Shown: piece by piece, positions 28,587-43,564 of the stretch | Layout: each line of letters opens with the position of its first letter | How positions within the stretch are numbered: the stretch's first letter is position 1 | NCBI RefSeq assembly: GCF_009914755.1 | Contig: NC_060936.1 | DNA length: 64,000 bases | Direction: 5' to 3' (one strand) | From: the human T2T-CHM13v2.0 reference genome, Homo sapiens | Program-made: the position numbers and the translations under genes | The notes under the pieces: generated by a model | Told to the model about the DNA's origin: nothing | Seen by the model: the letters and a program-made list of their open reading frames with translations, nothing else | The model's database searches: none

Positions 28587-28939
28587 GATGGCAAGATGGC
28601 TTTAAGTTCAACCTCCAGGGAAGCATAGTTCACTTAATAGCAAGCTCTTAGTTGAAAGGCATTCAGCAGAGGTGTTCCAAATGCCAACCATCGTCCTTGT
28701 TGCGGTGGGATGTGTTGAGTGCTTGTCATTAAATGGGGAATAGCGGCAACTGAGGACTCCCATCTGCCCAGGTGCTGTGCTGTCACATCCAGCTTCCTCT
28801 GGACTGTCAGCCAGAGTGATGTGGGGTTTAGGAGACTGGCTTTGGGCAAGCTGGCTCTTGTACTGACCTGCTGGTGACCAACCCATTTAGCTGTGCCTTA
28901 GTGACCTCTGGAGTGAGAATACTACATCTTCTGGAGGCT

Positions 28940-29345
28940 GTCGTTAGCCTGGCCACCAGATAGTTATAGGTCTCCCCATTTCCAGGCACATGGCAGGATT
29001 GCCTTTCCCTGCCCTTTGGTGTGACTGGCTCCAGCCATGAAGTGTGAGCAAAAGTGATAAATAGCCTAGCTCGTCCTAGGCTATTCCAGTCCTGATGCTG
29101 CACTGTCAGTGTGTGATCCCCAGACCTCTCTGTCCCTCTGCCACAGCAACTGGAAAAATTCCAGGGAGTGGTTGCTCCATCATGGCTGTTCCAGTGACCT
29201 GGAGTAAGTTTATTAAGAAGCAAAGCCCTTAGGCCACAATGGTGGATTTGGAGGATAAGTTAGAAGCAAAGCAATGTTGTTTTAAGCCACTGAGATTTTA
29301 GGGCTGTTTGTTGCCACTAAATAGCCTAGCTCATCCTAGCTGACA
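28940..29345 (+). mobile_element. MLT1-type LTR relic
   Basis: 3' end gttttaagccactgagattttagggctgtttgttg...ctgaca; ends approximate. Confidence 0.5.
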
Positions 29346-32300
29346 CCCTCCCACACTGGGTTTTGGGAAGATTAAACAAACTGATGCCTGGAAAGCACTG
29401 AGCACATTCTGCCCATAACACATACTTGATACAAATTAGTGTTTTCTGTGCTTCTCCATCTAATGTCCCATGGGCATTTCAACCTCAGCATACCCAAAAC
29501 TGAGCTCGGACACACATCCACAAATACCATGCCTGCACTTCCTCCTGCTCTCCATGCAGTGAGATTGTACCACCTCCCAGTCTCTCTCACAAGCTGCCAA
29601 CCTGAGAACCATCATCTGGACCACTCCTTTTCTCTCCCCTGACATCCAATAAATTGATGGGCCTTCTAGATACCTTGTGGTTCTTTCCATTTCCTCCAAC
29701 ACTGTCTTAGCTCAGGCCTATGTAATTTTTCATTTCATTTCATGTGTTGGCTTGCTAGCTGGGTTTCCTGCTTAATTTATTATGCTCCACAATCTGTTCT
29801 TCACCCCACTACTTAGTTGATCTGGCCATGCATCCAGTCTCTCCTTCTTCTCACCCATCCATCAATTCATTCATCCTGATCCACCCACTTCTTTGTGTCA
29901 CTACCACACAGAAGAATTGAAAATTCTTTACTGTTGACAGGAGAAAGTCCAAACTCCTAGGGGTGGCACACAGGCCTCTGTGTCCTGTCCTGGCCTGTTT
30001 CCAACCTCACTTCTCGTCACGCTGCAGGGAAACACTCTGTTCCAACTATGCTCAACTGCACTTCTCCAAGGGTCATTCTTGATCATGCCTCTCTACCTTT
30101 GTATGCATTATCCCCTGGGTCTGGAAACTCAAGACTTGGTTCAGGCGTCATTTCCTTTCAACAGAGCCGGGCATCTTTGAACATCTCTATTAAGATGTTA
30201 CAGTAGTCATCACACTGTACTGCAGATGTTTGATTTTCCATCTTGTGCAGTAACTGTGAGACTCTTGAGGGCAGGGACTGGCTGTGGTCCATCTTGGTGT
30301 CACCAGTGTCTAGTGTGGTGACAAATAGACACTGGATAAGTAATATAGATTGAATGGATGGATGAGTGGATGAGGTTGGGCCAAGGACTCATGGATGAGG
30401 AGGAAGATAGGCACTCATTGACTACTATGTCACACCTATAGGCCACAGAGCACCAGCTTGCATGGCCACGATACCATCACCAGGCACACCCAGGTAGCTA
30501 CTGAGTAAAGGCTGGCTGCCAAAGATGAATGCCAGGCAGGGCAGCTTGGGTGGGCCATGAGTGGGGCTCCCTTTGTAGTTTTGTTCTCTGTTGACAGAGA
30601 CCTCCAGTCCTGGTGGTTTCCCATCTGGGGAGTATGGCCAAAAATTGTCAGCTTTCCTTCAGGAGCTGAGCATATCAGAAGATCCAAGCTGAGATCTACC
30701 TATCTGGGGTTTTTTGTTTCTGTTTTTTGGACACCCTCATAATGTTGCCAATGTTAGTAAAAAATCCAGCAATACTTAAGCTGGAGGCAAAAGAGAAAGG
30801 CCATGTAGTGCATTCTTCTCTTAGTCCCTAGAATAGAAGATTCTTAGCTTTTCTTTGGCAATTTATCCAGCATCCTACAGCTCAAAGCCTTGCTGTATCT
30901 TGCAAGGTGAGGTAAAGAATCGCAACATCAGAACTTGGTTCCTGAATGACTGTTTGGAAGAGAGTTGCCCCACTGACAATTGTACACTCTCAGTAGTGTC
31001 AAGTGAGCAAAGAACAAACTTTTATTGTGTTTGAGCCATTCAGTGGTGTATAGGGCTGCATGTAGGGGCAGTGGGACCGTTCCACCCTAGGTATAGACCA
31101 TAAGGAGTAAGTTTTTTTTTTTTTTTACAGAATTTAACAGCAATAATAAAATAGACTAAATATTGGTCTTCATTATCACCAGTCACCAGCAATTCTAAAC
31201 AATGTCAATGGTAATAAATTCTTCCCCATCAGAGCAGACTTCTTCCATCCTCCATTCCCCTTTGATGATTTATCACCTGGGATATTACACATTTTTTTTT
31301 AAATAGCAGCTAGCTTTGTTTACACTACATGAATACAATAGTGCATTTGGTTATCCAGGACATTCTGCCTGCCCTGCACTTAGGTCCTTCTGGGGAAAGT
31401 GCTCCCAGATGCTTATCTCTCTATAAAGCTGCCATGCTTTGTGCTGCGTGACCCTGGATACGAGATTAGCAAGATTAGGCCAGAAATTGGGCCAGAGGTA
31501 ACCATGACCAGCATGGATATCAGGGAGAAAGCCAGTCTTGATGGGAGACTCTGCCTAACAGGGGTGTTGCATATGAGATGCAGATCTACTAGCCCAACCC
31601 AGTTTTCTATCTTTGAGAATATACAAGCACAGCCCTCTCAGAGAAAGTGGGGGGAGCTGCTCCTGAGAAGATGACACCCCACGTGGGCTACTGGAGATGC
31701 CGTTGATACTGAACAATGATAAGCCTTCTCCCATTAGTCTTTGCACACCGTGATGCTACTGCTGAGATAGATGTCTTTTCTCCCTAATGTCCTCAGGTAG
31801 CCTCATCATATTCCCCCATCATCTAAATTGCTGAGACATGGGTCTTCCTTGAATTCTGAAAAAGCATGATGAATATAGGGAATTAGCAGGTAAACATGGA
31901 ATGTTAACAAAAAGAGATAATTGTAAATTCATCGGTTGTTGGGGTGGAACTCATGACTTAAGGACAGACTATGAAGAAGGCATTTGAAAATCTTATGAAA
32001 TCAAGGAAGGAAGTATTTAAGTGATGATAAATACTTTTGCTTCTTTTTCTAAGAAGCAAAACTGCACAGAAAACTACCTCACCAGAGAATGGAGATGATG
32101 CTTTAAAAACTACAGACTGTAAGGCTTTAATATTGTTGAATGAACAATTTCCTGTATCAGAATACGTGCAGATACCTGAACACAGATGTTAGGAACAGAG
32201 CGCCTGCAATTATTGAGATCCCTCCCCAACAGTTTTATCTCCCAGAGGGCAGAGGAATCCATGAGACTAAGTGCTTTCCTGGTCCAAAAAGCTCTAATTG

Positions 32301-32558
32301 CTGATATGACAATAAATAAACCTAAGAGAAAGAAACCTTGTTCTTTGCTTTTCCATCACAGCAATGGAAGAACATTTTTGGACCGTAACTCTAGAAAAGT
32401 ATGTTTTATAATTAAATTTCAAGAAATTATTGGTATGACACATAGTAAGAGACCCTAGGAAGAGGAAGAAATATAAAATAAAATTCTGCAAGTATTTTCA
32501 TAAATAATTTTAATGAAAAAGGAAGGAGCTAGGCATGTAAAGAAATCAATGTTGCTAA

Positions 32559-32890
<332 letters not shown>

Positions 32891-33660
32891 TAAAAGGCTA
32901 CCTTTATAACAGCCTGAAGGCAGGCTACATAATATCAATTTCAAAGACAACAAAGTAAGTTGGCTTTTATTTTCTGCAAGTAATTCTTGAAACCAGAAGC
33001 AGCTCAGGGATGCACAGGTGAGGAATGGGGCACAAGGTGAGGAACAGATCTATTGGTTGAGGAAGAGAGTGTGACATTAGCAAATAGAAGAAGCAAAGGA
33101 AAGCACTCGGGGCCTAATTTGCTTCTTTCTTCCTCATCAGAGTGAAAATGGTCACTCTTGAAAAGCAGGAGAATGTCATTTGGTGAGCTAGAGGTCAAAG
33201 GCATGACACTGAGGCTTCATCTTGATGGCTTAGAGGCCTAGGGCTCAGATAATATCACATTCGGGGGACCAAAAAATGTGTAGAAATGATGGAGAACAAC
33301 TACAAGAAATATTGGGAGAGTGATGTCAGCAAGATAGTGGGATAGTTCCAGCCCTTGATGTCCCCGGAGAAATACCAATTTAACAACCTTCTATGGGCAA
33401 AAATATCTTTATGAGAGCTCTAGAATCCAGGTGAGAGTTTATAGCACCTGTGTAGGGCAAAGAAATAAGAAAAGATGTAACGTGTATTGAAAAAGGGTAA
33501 GAAGGACAGCTTCTTTTTACCGATGTCACCCCTCCCCCAAGCTTACATAGCACAATGCAGAGAGCAAAGAGAGGGAGAGAGAGGGAGAGAGAGAGAGATC
33601 CTCTCAGCCTGAGAGTTCTGCTGTGAAAGGGAGAGTGAAGTGAACTTCTGACTTTTCTAC

Positions 33661-34005
33661 AAACCCTGGCATTAAGCCCATATAACCATAGACTCTGGCC
33701 CCTGGCATTAGGTCCATCTGTAGATCCTGGCACCAGGCCCCACTGATGATCCCAGATCCTGGCACCAGGCCCGCTCAGCTGCAGACCCTGGCACCAAGCC
33801 TATCTGCCCACAAACCCTGGCACTGGGCCTACCTATGGGCCTTGACACCAAACCTGCCAGTCTGTGGACCCCAGCACTAGCCCCACCTGAGGACCCCGTC
33901 ACCAGGTCTGTTTATGGATTCTGGACCCTAGCACCAGGCCCACTTGTCTGAGGACCCTGGCACTGAGCACACCCTCCTGTAGACTCTGGCACCAGGCCCA
34001 CCCAG
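33661..34005 (+). repeat. Degenerate ~28-bp tandem array within the L1 5' region
   Basis: About 12 units with core gaccctggcaccaggccca. Confidence 0.75.
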
Positions 34006-34229
34006 ATTGCTGACTGGGGTGACTGCTGAAGGGCTTTCCCTGCCAAAGCCAGCCTAAAAAGACTGGAAGAGGTGACGGCTTCTTCAAATGCACAGACATC
34101 AATGTAAGGCTACAAAGATAATGAAAAATCAGAGAAACATGATGTCATCAAAGGAAGAAAATGAAGCCCCAGTAACTGATCTTAATGAAATGAAGATCTA
34201 TGATCTGCTTGACAAAGAATTCAAAATAA

Positions 34230-34627
<398 letters not shown>

Positions 34628-36499
34628 TAGACAACTAAGCAAATTAGGAAAGCAACACATGAATAAAATGAGAAGTTCAAGGAAGAGATAGAAACCACAA
34701 AAAAGAACCAAACAGAATTTCTGGAGTTGAAGGACAGTTACTGAACTGAAAAATTCAGTAGAGAGCTTCACCAACCTATGCAATCAAGCAGAAGAAAGAA
34801 TCAACAAGATCAAAGACAGGTCATTTGAAGCTAGCCAGTCAGAGGAACGAAAGAAAAAGAAAAAAAAAAGAGTGACAAAAACTCTGGTATTTTTACAGGA
34901 CAGCATAAACAAACCAATATATGCATCATAGGAGTTTTAGAAAGAAAAGAGAAAATGTACAAAAGATTTATTGAAATAAATAATGGCTGAAAATTTTCCA
35001 AATGTGGGGAAGGAAATGGACATCCAGATTCATAAAGCCCAAAGGACCCTAAATAGTTGAACCTGGAGAGGTCTACACTGAGACACGTTATAATTAAATT
35101 GTCAAAAGTCAAAGACAAAAAGATAATTTTGAAAGTAGCAAGAGAAAAATGACTCATCACTTTCAAGGAAAATTTCCTCCTCACTGCCCAAGACTATTAG
35201 CAGATTTCTCAGCAGAAACTTTGCAAGCTAGAAAAAGTGGGATGATATACTCAAAGTGTGCAAAGTTTTTACTTTGCTCCAAGCAAAAGTTTTTACTTTG
35301 CCACCAACCAAAAAGTACTATATTTGGCAAAATTGTCTTTTAAAAATAAAGGAAAGATAAATACTTTCTCAGACAAACAAAAGCTGAGGGAGTTTATCAC
35401 TAGCCCTGCCTTATAAGTACTAAAGGGAGTTCTTCAAATTGAAACAAGAGGATGCTAAACAGCAACCTGAAAGTACAGAAAAATATAAATTTTACTGGTA
35501 AACATAAATATATAGACAAATTCAGAATAATATAATATTGCATTGGTAATATGTAAATCACTTTTAGCTCTAGCATAAAAGTTAAGAGACAAAAGTATGA
35601 GGAATAACCTATGACCATAAAATTGGTTAATGGATACACAATATAAAAAGAAGTGAATCCTGACAAAGTGTTGGGGAGAGGGAGTACAAGTATAGAGTTT
35701 TTGCATGTGATTGAAGTTATCAGCTCAAAATAGAACAGTATAACTATAAAAAGTGCTGGTTATATAAGATGAATAGGTCTGAGAGATCTACTATACAGCA
35801 TAGTGCCATAGTTAAAAATATTGTATTGTATACTTAAAAATTTGCTCAGCAGGTAGATCTTATGTTAAGTGTTCTTATCACATAATAAATAAATAAACAG
35901 GGTAGAAGGAAACTTTTGGAGGTGATGGATAGATTTATCGCGTAGATTATGGTGACTGTTTCACTAGTGTGTACACATCTCCAAACTCATTAAGTTGTAT
36001 AGATTAAATGTGTATAGCTTTTTGTATGACAATTATTCCTCAATCAGACTGGGTTGAAAATGTAAGCACACGCACAAAACAAACAAACAAAACAAAAAAG
36101 AAATCTTGGTACTTAGGGAACAAGACGGGGGCTCTGAGGTTGGATAGATAGTGATCTCTTGGTTCTTAAGCCTGGAAAGAGGACAAATGCCAAGGTGACT
36201 CTCAAGGATTTCCAACAAAAAGGAGACTGCATGGCTTCCTTAGGAAATGTTGAAGTCAGCCGGTCCAACTCTTGCTTGTACAGTTGAGAACACTGGGGAC
36301 CAGAGAGGGTAGGTGACTTGTGCCAGGCTGCACGAGTCAGCAAAGCCACGATGAGCATTGAGCATTTGGGGCACTCGCCTTGGCATTTGTCTCAGTGTGC
36401 TACTGCTTATCTTTGTTGCAGAGACAAGTTTAACCTACCAGAAAGTGTGGAGGCGTTCTTGACTCTTCCCCCTGGCTCACATCTCAAATCCAGTGAGTC

Positions 36500-37275
36500 A
36501 AGAAATCTAGTTGGCTCTTTCCTCAAATTCTATCCATAGCTGGCCACCTCTCACGCCCTCCAGGGATTCTCATACCCTTCTCCCTGGCAGGAGCCTCTGC
36601 CATCTCCTAGGATTGACCCTTCTCCCTCCTTTCACTGTCATGTCGCCTACAGTCTGTTTCCCAGGCAGCTGTCAGAGTGATCATTTAAACAAGTCGGGTC
36701 ATGTCAGTCCTGTGCACAAAACCTTCCAAGGCTCTACACCGCACTCTGTGTGGGAACAGATGTCCTTACAACAGCTCACTGGCCTTCCATGACCTGTGTG
36801 GAGACTCCTCATCGCTGTATCTCTCTGACCATGCCCATACTCACTCCCTCACTCTCACTGCAAAAACCACACCAGCCTCCTTGCTCTTGGTGGGAACACC
36901 AGGCCTGTTTGTTCCCACTGTGGGTCTTTGCACAAGCTCTTTCCTCGGCACATGTGGCTTGCCCTTACCCCCTTAAAACCTTTGTCCAAATGTCCCCTTC
37001 TCAGTGGAGCTTACAATAACCACAGCCAAAATTGTACCCACTCTTTCTTCCAGCTCTCCTGATTTCCCTTAGCCAGTTTCTTTCTTCTTTCTGTAACACT
37101 TATCGCCATCCAACATATAATTTATTTATCTAAGTTTACAATTTGTCTCTCCCACTGTAATGTGAACCCACAAAAATATGTGTTTTTGTCTATTTTATTT
37201 ACTGGTATATTCCCAGTTTATCTAAAGGTGCCTGGCATATAGTGGGTGCTCAGTAAATGCTGGTTGACTGAAAGA
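36500..37275. mobile_element. L2 relic
   Basis: L2 3' end motif gtgcctggcatatagtgggtgctcagtaaatgc; ends approximate. Confidence 0.5.
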
Positions 37276-38867
37276 AACAAATAGAGACCAGCACGAGTCA
37301 GGCCCCTCCAGAGCATCAGCTTTGAACTCTGGTTTCTATTTTGCTTCCCTTGTTTAGTGTGTCCACCATGGAGGAACCCTCTCACCTTCAGACACACTCA
37401 ACTCTTCCCCATGGGTTAGGGTTAGTGTGGGAGTTGTCCTTCTGTGGCCAGCAAGTGGTGAGGGTGCCTCCCCAGGCCTCCTCTGTTGTCTTGGTTCCCC
37501 TTGGAGCTCTGTGCTGCAGGTGCAGAAACAAGGCCCTCATCTCAGACTGATGCTTCCTGGGGCTGGGCTGGAACCTGCTCCCTCTGCGTCCATCCTTACG
37601 CTCTGCTCCTAGCTTGTGACTCTGTCCTCTGTGTCTTTCTCTTGTGAGGAATGTGTGCATGCATGCATGTGTGTGCATGTATATGTGTATGCGTGTGCAC
37701 GCATGTGAAAGAAAAAGACCAGGAAGACTCCTACTCTTTCCTGTGGTGTTTGGCTCTTTTCTAGTGCCCCTTCTTCAAGCCTGCTTCTCTGAGAGAGAGC
37801 TCCAGAAGATTGTTTTTTATTCTTGTTTTCATGCACAGAGAGCTCTACTCAAGGGCCTGGGGCTGAGGCGGTTTGGCATAATTGCCTCAAGACTGCTGCT
37901 GTGCTGTATAAAAAGGCAGTCCCATTTCCATCCTGTTCTTGGTGTGACACAGAAAGTGCCCTATAGGATGGGGTGGGAGGCAGGGGTGGGCTGTCCCTGG
38001 CCGAGGGCCCTGCTTTGTGAAGGATCTCATGCACTGGTTTATTTCTCTGGGAATTAGGTTTGTGCTCTGCCTGGAGACTCTGCACCCCCGCCTCTGTTCT
38101 CCCTGAAGAGTTGCCATCCTCTGGGACCTGACTTCGGTCTTGCCTCTTCTGTGACCCTCTGGCCAGCTATAAGTGACCTTCCTAGGAAGGCTAAGAACAT
38201 GCTATCTGTGCCCCTTACCTGGTCATCTTTCCTTCTCTGGCTGTGACTCTTCCCTGCCTCTGTTTCTTCAGTGAGGTCAGGTTCTTCAAAGGCAAACTGT
38301 CCACCTAGCTTTATTTCCCCCAGCCTGTAGTTGAGGGCCTGTTCTGGTGGGACCTTACCTGCCAAATGAAGGCACCTGCTCCAGGCCGGCTCCTGAGGCC
38401 AGTGACAAGGCCTGGCACATAGTGGAGGGTCAGTCAGTGTTTGTGGACTAGATAAAGATGCTCTGCAGACGTTGGCCGCTCCCTCCTGAGTCCAGTCCAT
38501 TCATTTCAACCAAGGCTGCCTGGGGACCTGGTATTTACTAGTTGCCAGAGGGGATATAAAGGTGAACAGACATGACTTCTGCCTTCAAGGGGAGCAACAC
38601 AAAGTCCAATGGCCACCCTATAAGACGAATTGTAGCTAATAGCAATCATAGGGAAAGGCTTGAAGGGTCTGAACCACAAGTGCCTAACCTGAAAGGATGG
38701 GCTTGGTGGGAACCTCGTGGGACATAGCTTGGAGTTTCAAGAATGTGCTGGCTCAAGCCTCGACTTGACTGGTGGGATGATGATTCCTGGTCCTCTCACA
38801 GGTTGGAGGGGAATTAGGGGCTTGATAGATATGTCTAGGCCTGTGAGGTTGGAATGGCAAGGGCAGG

Positions 38868-39026
38868 TTTATTGGGAAGCAGGGTCTCTTTGATATGCCT
38901 ATTAAAAGAGGCAGGTTGCAGTTTCCCTTGCGTTCTGCCTAGCGGGAGATTCCTATGCTCATAAATGGCATTAATAATGTTCTCTGCCTTTATGTTGTCA
39001 GGAGGCCTGTCCCCTGCCCAATAAAA
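38868..39026 (+). promoter_or_regulatory. Residual promoter of the keratin pseudogene
   Basis: TTTATTGG 38868-38875, CTTTGAT (TCF/LEF) 38888-38894, CTCATAAA 38958-38965, and CCAATAAAA 39018-39026 at the TATA position about 85 bp before the ATG. Confidence 0.55.
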
Positions 39027-41483
39027 GGCAGGAGCAGTAACAGGCCTCCCATGTGAGACCGTGTCATCCTTCAATCCTCAGTCCAGGGGACTGTCCCGCA
39101 GAACAGAGGCATGGCGAGCCAATCCTGCCACATCAGCTCTGGCTGCGGGGTCAAGAACTTCAGCTCCCGCTCTGCCACTGTGCCCAAGCCTGGGTATCAC
39201 AGCTGTGTCAGTGCCATGGCCCATCATGGGGTCAGCCCTGGGGGGCTAGGCTCCAGGCGCCTCGGAGGCTTTGGCAGTCAGAGCCTGTGTACGGTGGGGT
39301 CTCCCCGGATCGCGGTGAGTTGTAGATGGCCCCTACACAGCAGGGGCAGGTTTGGCTACTGGGCAGGGGGCCTTTGCAGGCCCAGCCCACCCCGCATCAC
39401 ATCTGTTACCATCAACGAGAGCCTCCTCATGCCCCTCAACCTAGAGATCGACCCCAATGCCCAGTGTGTGAAGCATGAGGAGAAGGAGCACATCAGGTGT
39501 CTCAACAAGTTTGCTGCCTTCATTGACAAGGTGGGTCTGTGAGCTGTTTCCTGGGACTGTGGCTTAGGAAGGGGAAAGGAACTTGGAACCCGATGATAGG
39601 GTGGTTCTAATTCTCCTGTTACTGACTAGCACGTGGCTGTGAGAACGTGGCTGAATCAGGGTCTTGGTTTTCAAATGTTGCCATGTCAGTCAAATGCAAA
39701 ATGAATCTGAAACCACCAGACAGAAGAGGGGTGTTTGCTGCTGCTGCTCACAGGCAAGCAGCAAGCATGATGTGTGTGCACCGTCCATCTTCCCGATCTC
39801 ACCGGCACGCAGTAGGACAGTGTGGCAGAGCGGGCCACTCTGCCTAGGCCTGTCTGACCTCCCGCTTAGAGGAGATGCTACCGTCCCTAGCATGGAGCAG
39901 GAGCCAGGATGCAGAGGGGTCAGAGGCTCCTTGCCTGCTCCTCCGTGGTGGGGACATCATAGGAAGGCTGTGAACCCTTAGGACTTCTGCCCGAGGCACT
40001 TTATACCCTGCAGCACATGCATAGATTAAAGGCAGTGAGTTGAGAAACTTAAAGCATGGTCCAGGGAGAGGCTGTTGAATTGACTTTTCTGATGCTGCAG
40101 TTTCAGAGTCCTCCTGGTTGAGTGTATAGCTCTGGTTTCCTTTAACCTAATGATGCCCTCCCTAGGAGCTCACAGTCTTTGGGGGAGGACAGCCACCAAA
40201 GTTTAAAGGAGGAGAAGCTCGTCTTCCAGGGCTGAATGGTGTGTATATCTACACCCTGGGACTGCATAAGAAGGCACAAACCAGGGCGATGGTGGGTGGA
40301 AGTTCTGCTCTCAGATCAACGCTACATCAGAAGTGGGCATATCTGCACACAGAGGTGCTGGGTGTCCATTGTTAACATACCGCTGGCTGTCCAGATTACT
40401 CTTCCCTTCCATCAGCACAAAGAAGCTCACTGTAGAGTTAGGCAGGTTATTCATTGCACAAGGACACCTAGCAAGAGCAGGGGAGGTTGAAATCCAGCCC
40501 AGGCTTTGCTTGCAGAGCCATGTGCCCTGGCAGGGGGCTGGAGGCATCTTTTCCTAATTTGCTCAAAAGCACAGTGAGAACCCTGAGAGTGCATGCTCAA
40601 AGGGGTCTCTGCATGTGGCCTTTTGGGCATCACCCATGAATGCTGCTCTCTCCTTTGAGAGGAACCAGTTCTGGGTCTGGGGAGAGGAACTTATACCACT
40701 GCACCAGGCTGGCTTTTCCCTCCCTTGGGGTTGCTGATGGCCACCCTCTTCCCTCCAGCCTTCTTCCTGCAGGCTCCAAACTGCATTGAGCTCCAGACTA
40801 CAAAGTGCATTGATATGGTGGGTTTAATCCTGCCAGAGGGCTGTCCCATGACCTGGGTCTGCATGTTGAAATCCAAGGCAGATGCCTTTTGGATAATCAG
40901 AGTTTTTGTTCCTTGTCCCTCAAGCACGGACAATTGGACAGTTGAGGGTTTGTACCAGGCTTGTACTCCCAAGAGGTTAGGTTTGGAGAAGAAATCACCT
41001 GCTTTAGGGCTGGTAAATGCAAACTTCAACGGGGGCTTGGTGGGTCACATGAATGAAGCCAAACTTGAGAGGCATGCCCACCTAGAGGGACAGTAGCTGC
41101 TGCTCACTCCAGCCACAGGCCTACCTAGCCTTGCCAGAACTTCTGGTATGTCAAGAGGGTCAGAGAGATCCAGATTCTTACTTGAAACCACTCAGTTATT
41201 AAGTGTTGGCAACTAATCAGATCTCTATAAAACAGTGTGCAAGGCAAGTAAGACATGCCTGTGGGCCTGATAGGGCCTGGAGCTGCCAGTGTACCACTGC
41301 TAATGTATTTCTCCTGTCTTGTTTTACAATGCAATTCAGTGAGAATGAGGCAAAGTGGTCTGGTTGGTGGCAGAGTTAGAGTGAGAGGTCTCCTAATTCC
41401 TGGTCTGGGATACTCTGTCCTGGGCTTCAGTGCCCCAGCACCAGAGGTAAGGAAGAGTCATGGTATGTACATTTAAAAATTGC

Positions 41484-41800
41484 TGTTGTACAAATGCCCA
41501 CAAACTTAGCAACTTAAAACAACACAAATTTACTACCTAAAAGGCTGATGTTAAGGTGTCGGCAGGGCTGCATTTCTTTTTGGAGGCCCCAGGGGAGCAT
41601 CTGTTTCCAGGGACATTTAGGCTTTTGGCAGAATTGAGGTCCTTGTGGTTGCAGGACTGAGGTCCCTGTTCTCTTGCTGGCTGGCTGCCAGAGGTTGTTC
41701 TCAGCTTCCAGAGGCTATCCACATTCCTTGGCTTGTGGCCCCCTCTTCCTCCATCTTCAAAGCCATAATAGCGGGTTGAGTCCTTCTCATGTTTCAAATC
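41484..41800 (-). mobile_element. MLT1-type LTR in pseudogene intron 1
   Basis: cacaaacttagcaacttaaaacaacacaaattt...cattccttggcttgtggcccc. Confidence 0.6.
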
Positions 41801-43145
41801 CCTCTAGTGCAGGCACCTTTGGGGGGATCATTATTTGCCTAGTATGCATAGTATGAAATATTTCTGCAGGATGTTAATTTCATTCTGTGTAGAATAAACG
41901 AACGTTTATAAATAGTGTGCTCTTTCTGGGAAGGGGGGTGGGTGGAGAGAAGTTACTTGGGGACTACTTGTGACCTGCACTTTCAGACTTTGCCAATAAT
42001 TTGGCCTCCTGGGGAAGGTCACAGGCTGCTGCAGGGCGGGGGCCATCCTCAATGGCAGAAAGAGCTCTGGGGGACCAGGCAAAACCTGCTCTCAGGCTTT
42101 CCCCTCAGTCTCTTTCCTCCTTCCTGAATGGCAGGTGCGCTTCCTGGAGCAGCAGAACAAACTGCTGGAGACCAAGCTGCAGTTCTACCAGAACCGCGAG
42201 TGCTGCGAGAGCAACCTGGAGCCCCTGTTGCAGGGCTACACGGCGACTCTGCGGCGGGAGGCTGAGTGCGTGGAGGCCGACAGTGGCAGGCTGGCCTCAG
42301 AGCTCAACTGCACGCAGGAGGCGCTGGAGGGCTACAAGAAGAAGTGAGCATGACAGGGCTGGGATGGTTCTAGGCAGTGGAGTCAGTCTTAGCTGAGATC
42401 ACACAACTCCTCCAGAAGCTGAGACTGCTGAAGGCCAGGGTTGCCCTGACAAGCTATCAGACACTTCTGCTTTACCGTCTGCTTTATCTCGTGTCAGCTC
42501 CTAGTTCTTGCACCCCTGTGCTGGGGGCTGGGAAAAGATTTAGAGAAGAGTTCCCTGTCTGGGAGGGATGGGACACACATTCAGGGTACAGACTGATGCA
42601 GAGATGAAGAGATAGGAACAAATGAAACAGGAGGAGCAAGGACAGCAGGGCTGGAGAGGAGGAGCCCGGAGCAGTCAGAGCTAGGACGGGGGGAAAGGGA
42701 AAGGCCCTGGAGAGGTATCTGAAAATGAATTGGCTGAAGCCATTCCAAGTATCTGATGAACTTGGATTCTTCCTTTATTTATTCTGCAGATAAACCATCA
42801 GGTTATCGTTCTGCAGGGCTCCACAATTCAAATACCAATGTAAATTTGGGTTTTCCTGAGTTATTTAGCTTGTTCATTACCTAGTCTAAACTCACCGGGT
42901 CACTGTACTTACCTTGTAGATACAGACAGAGTGAAGGGTGATTTTGACCTCAATCAATCCTGGTAATTCCAACCCTGCTTGGGATTCTTGGAAGTTCAGG
43001 TTTTACCATCTGGCTGGACCCAGCAGTGGGTCCTCATGTCCCTTGGGGTGAAGCAAATGTAGACACAATCCTCAGTGTGCAGGCGTCAAGGTCTGTCTCC
43101 CACTCTGGGGGTGTGCGGGCTGGTAATTATAGAGCTGAGTGCTTA

Positions 43146-43564
<419 letters not shown>

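Noticed and set aside
33661-34005. CRISPR-like repeat/spacer appearance
   Set aside because: Repeats are degenerate, linkers short and irregular, the context is a mammalian L1, and there are no cas genes.
37907-37916. TATAAAAAGG about 1.2 kb upstream of the pseudogene ATG
   Set aside because: Isolated motif with no downstream exon evidence; the proximal ATAAAA box matches the paralog spacing better.
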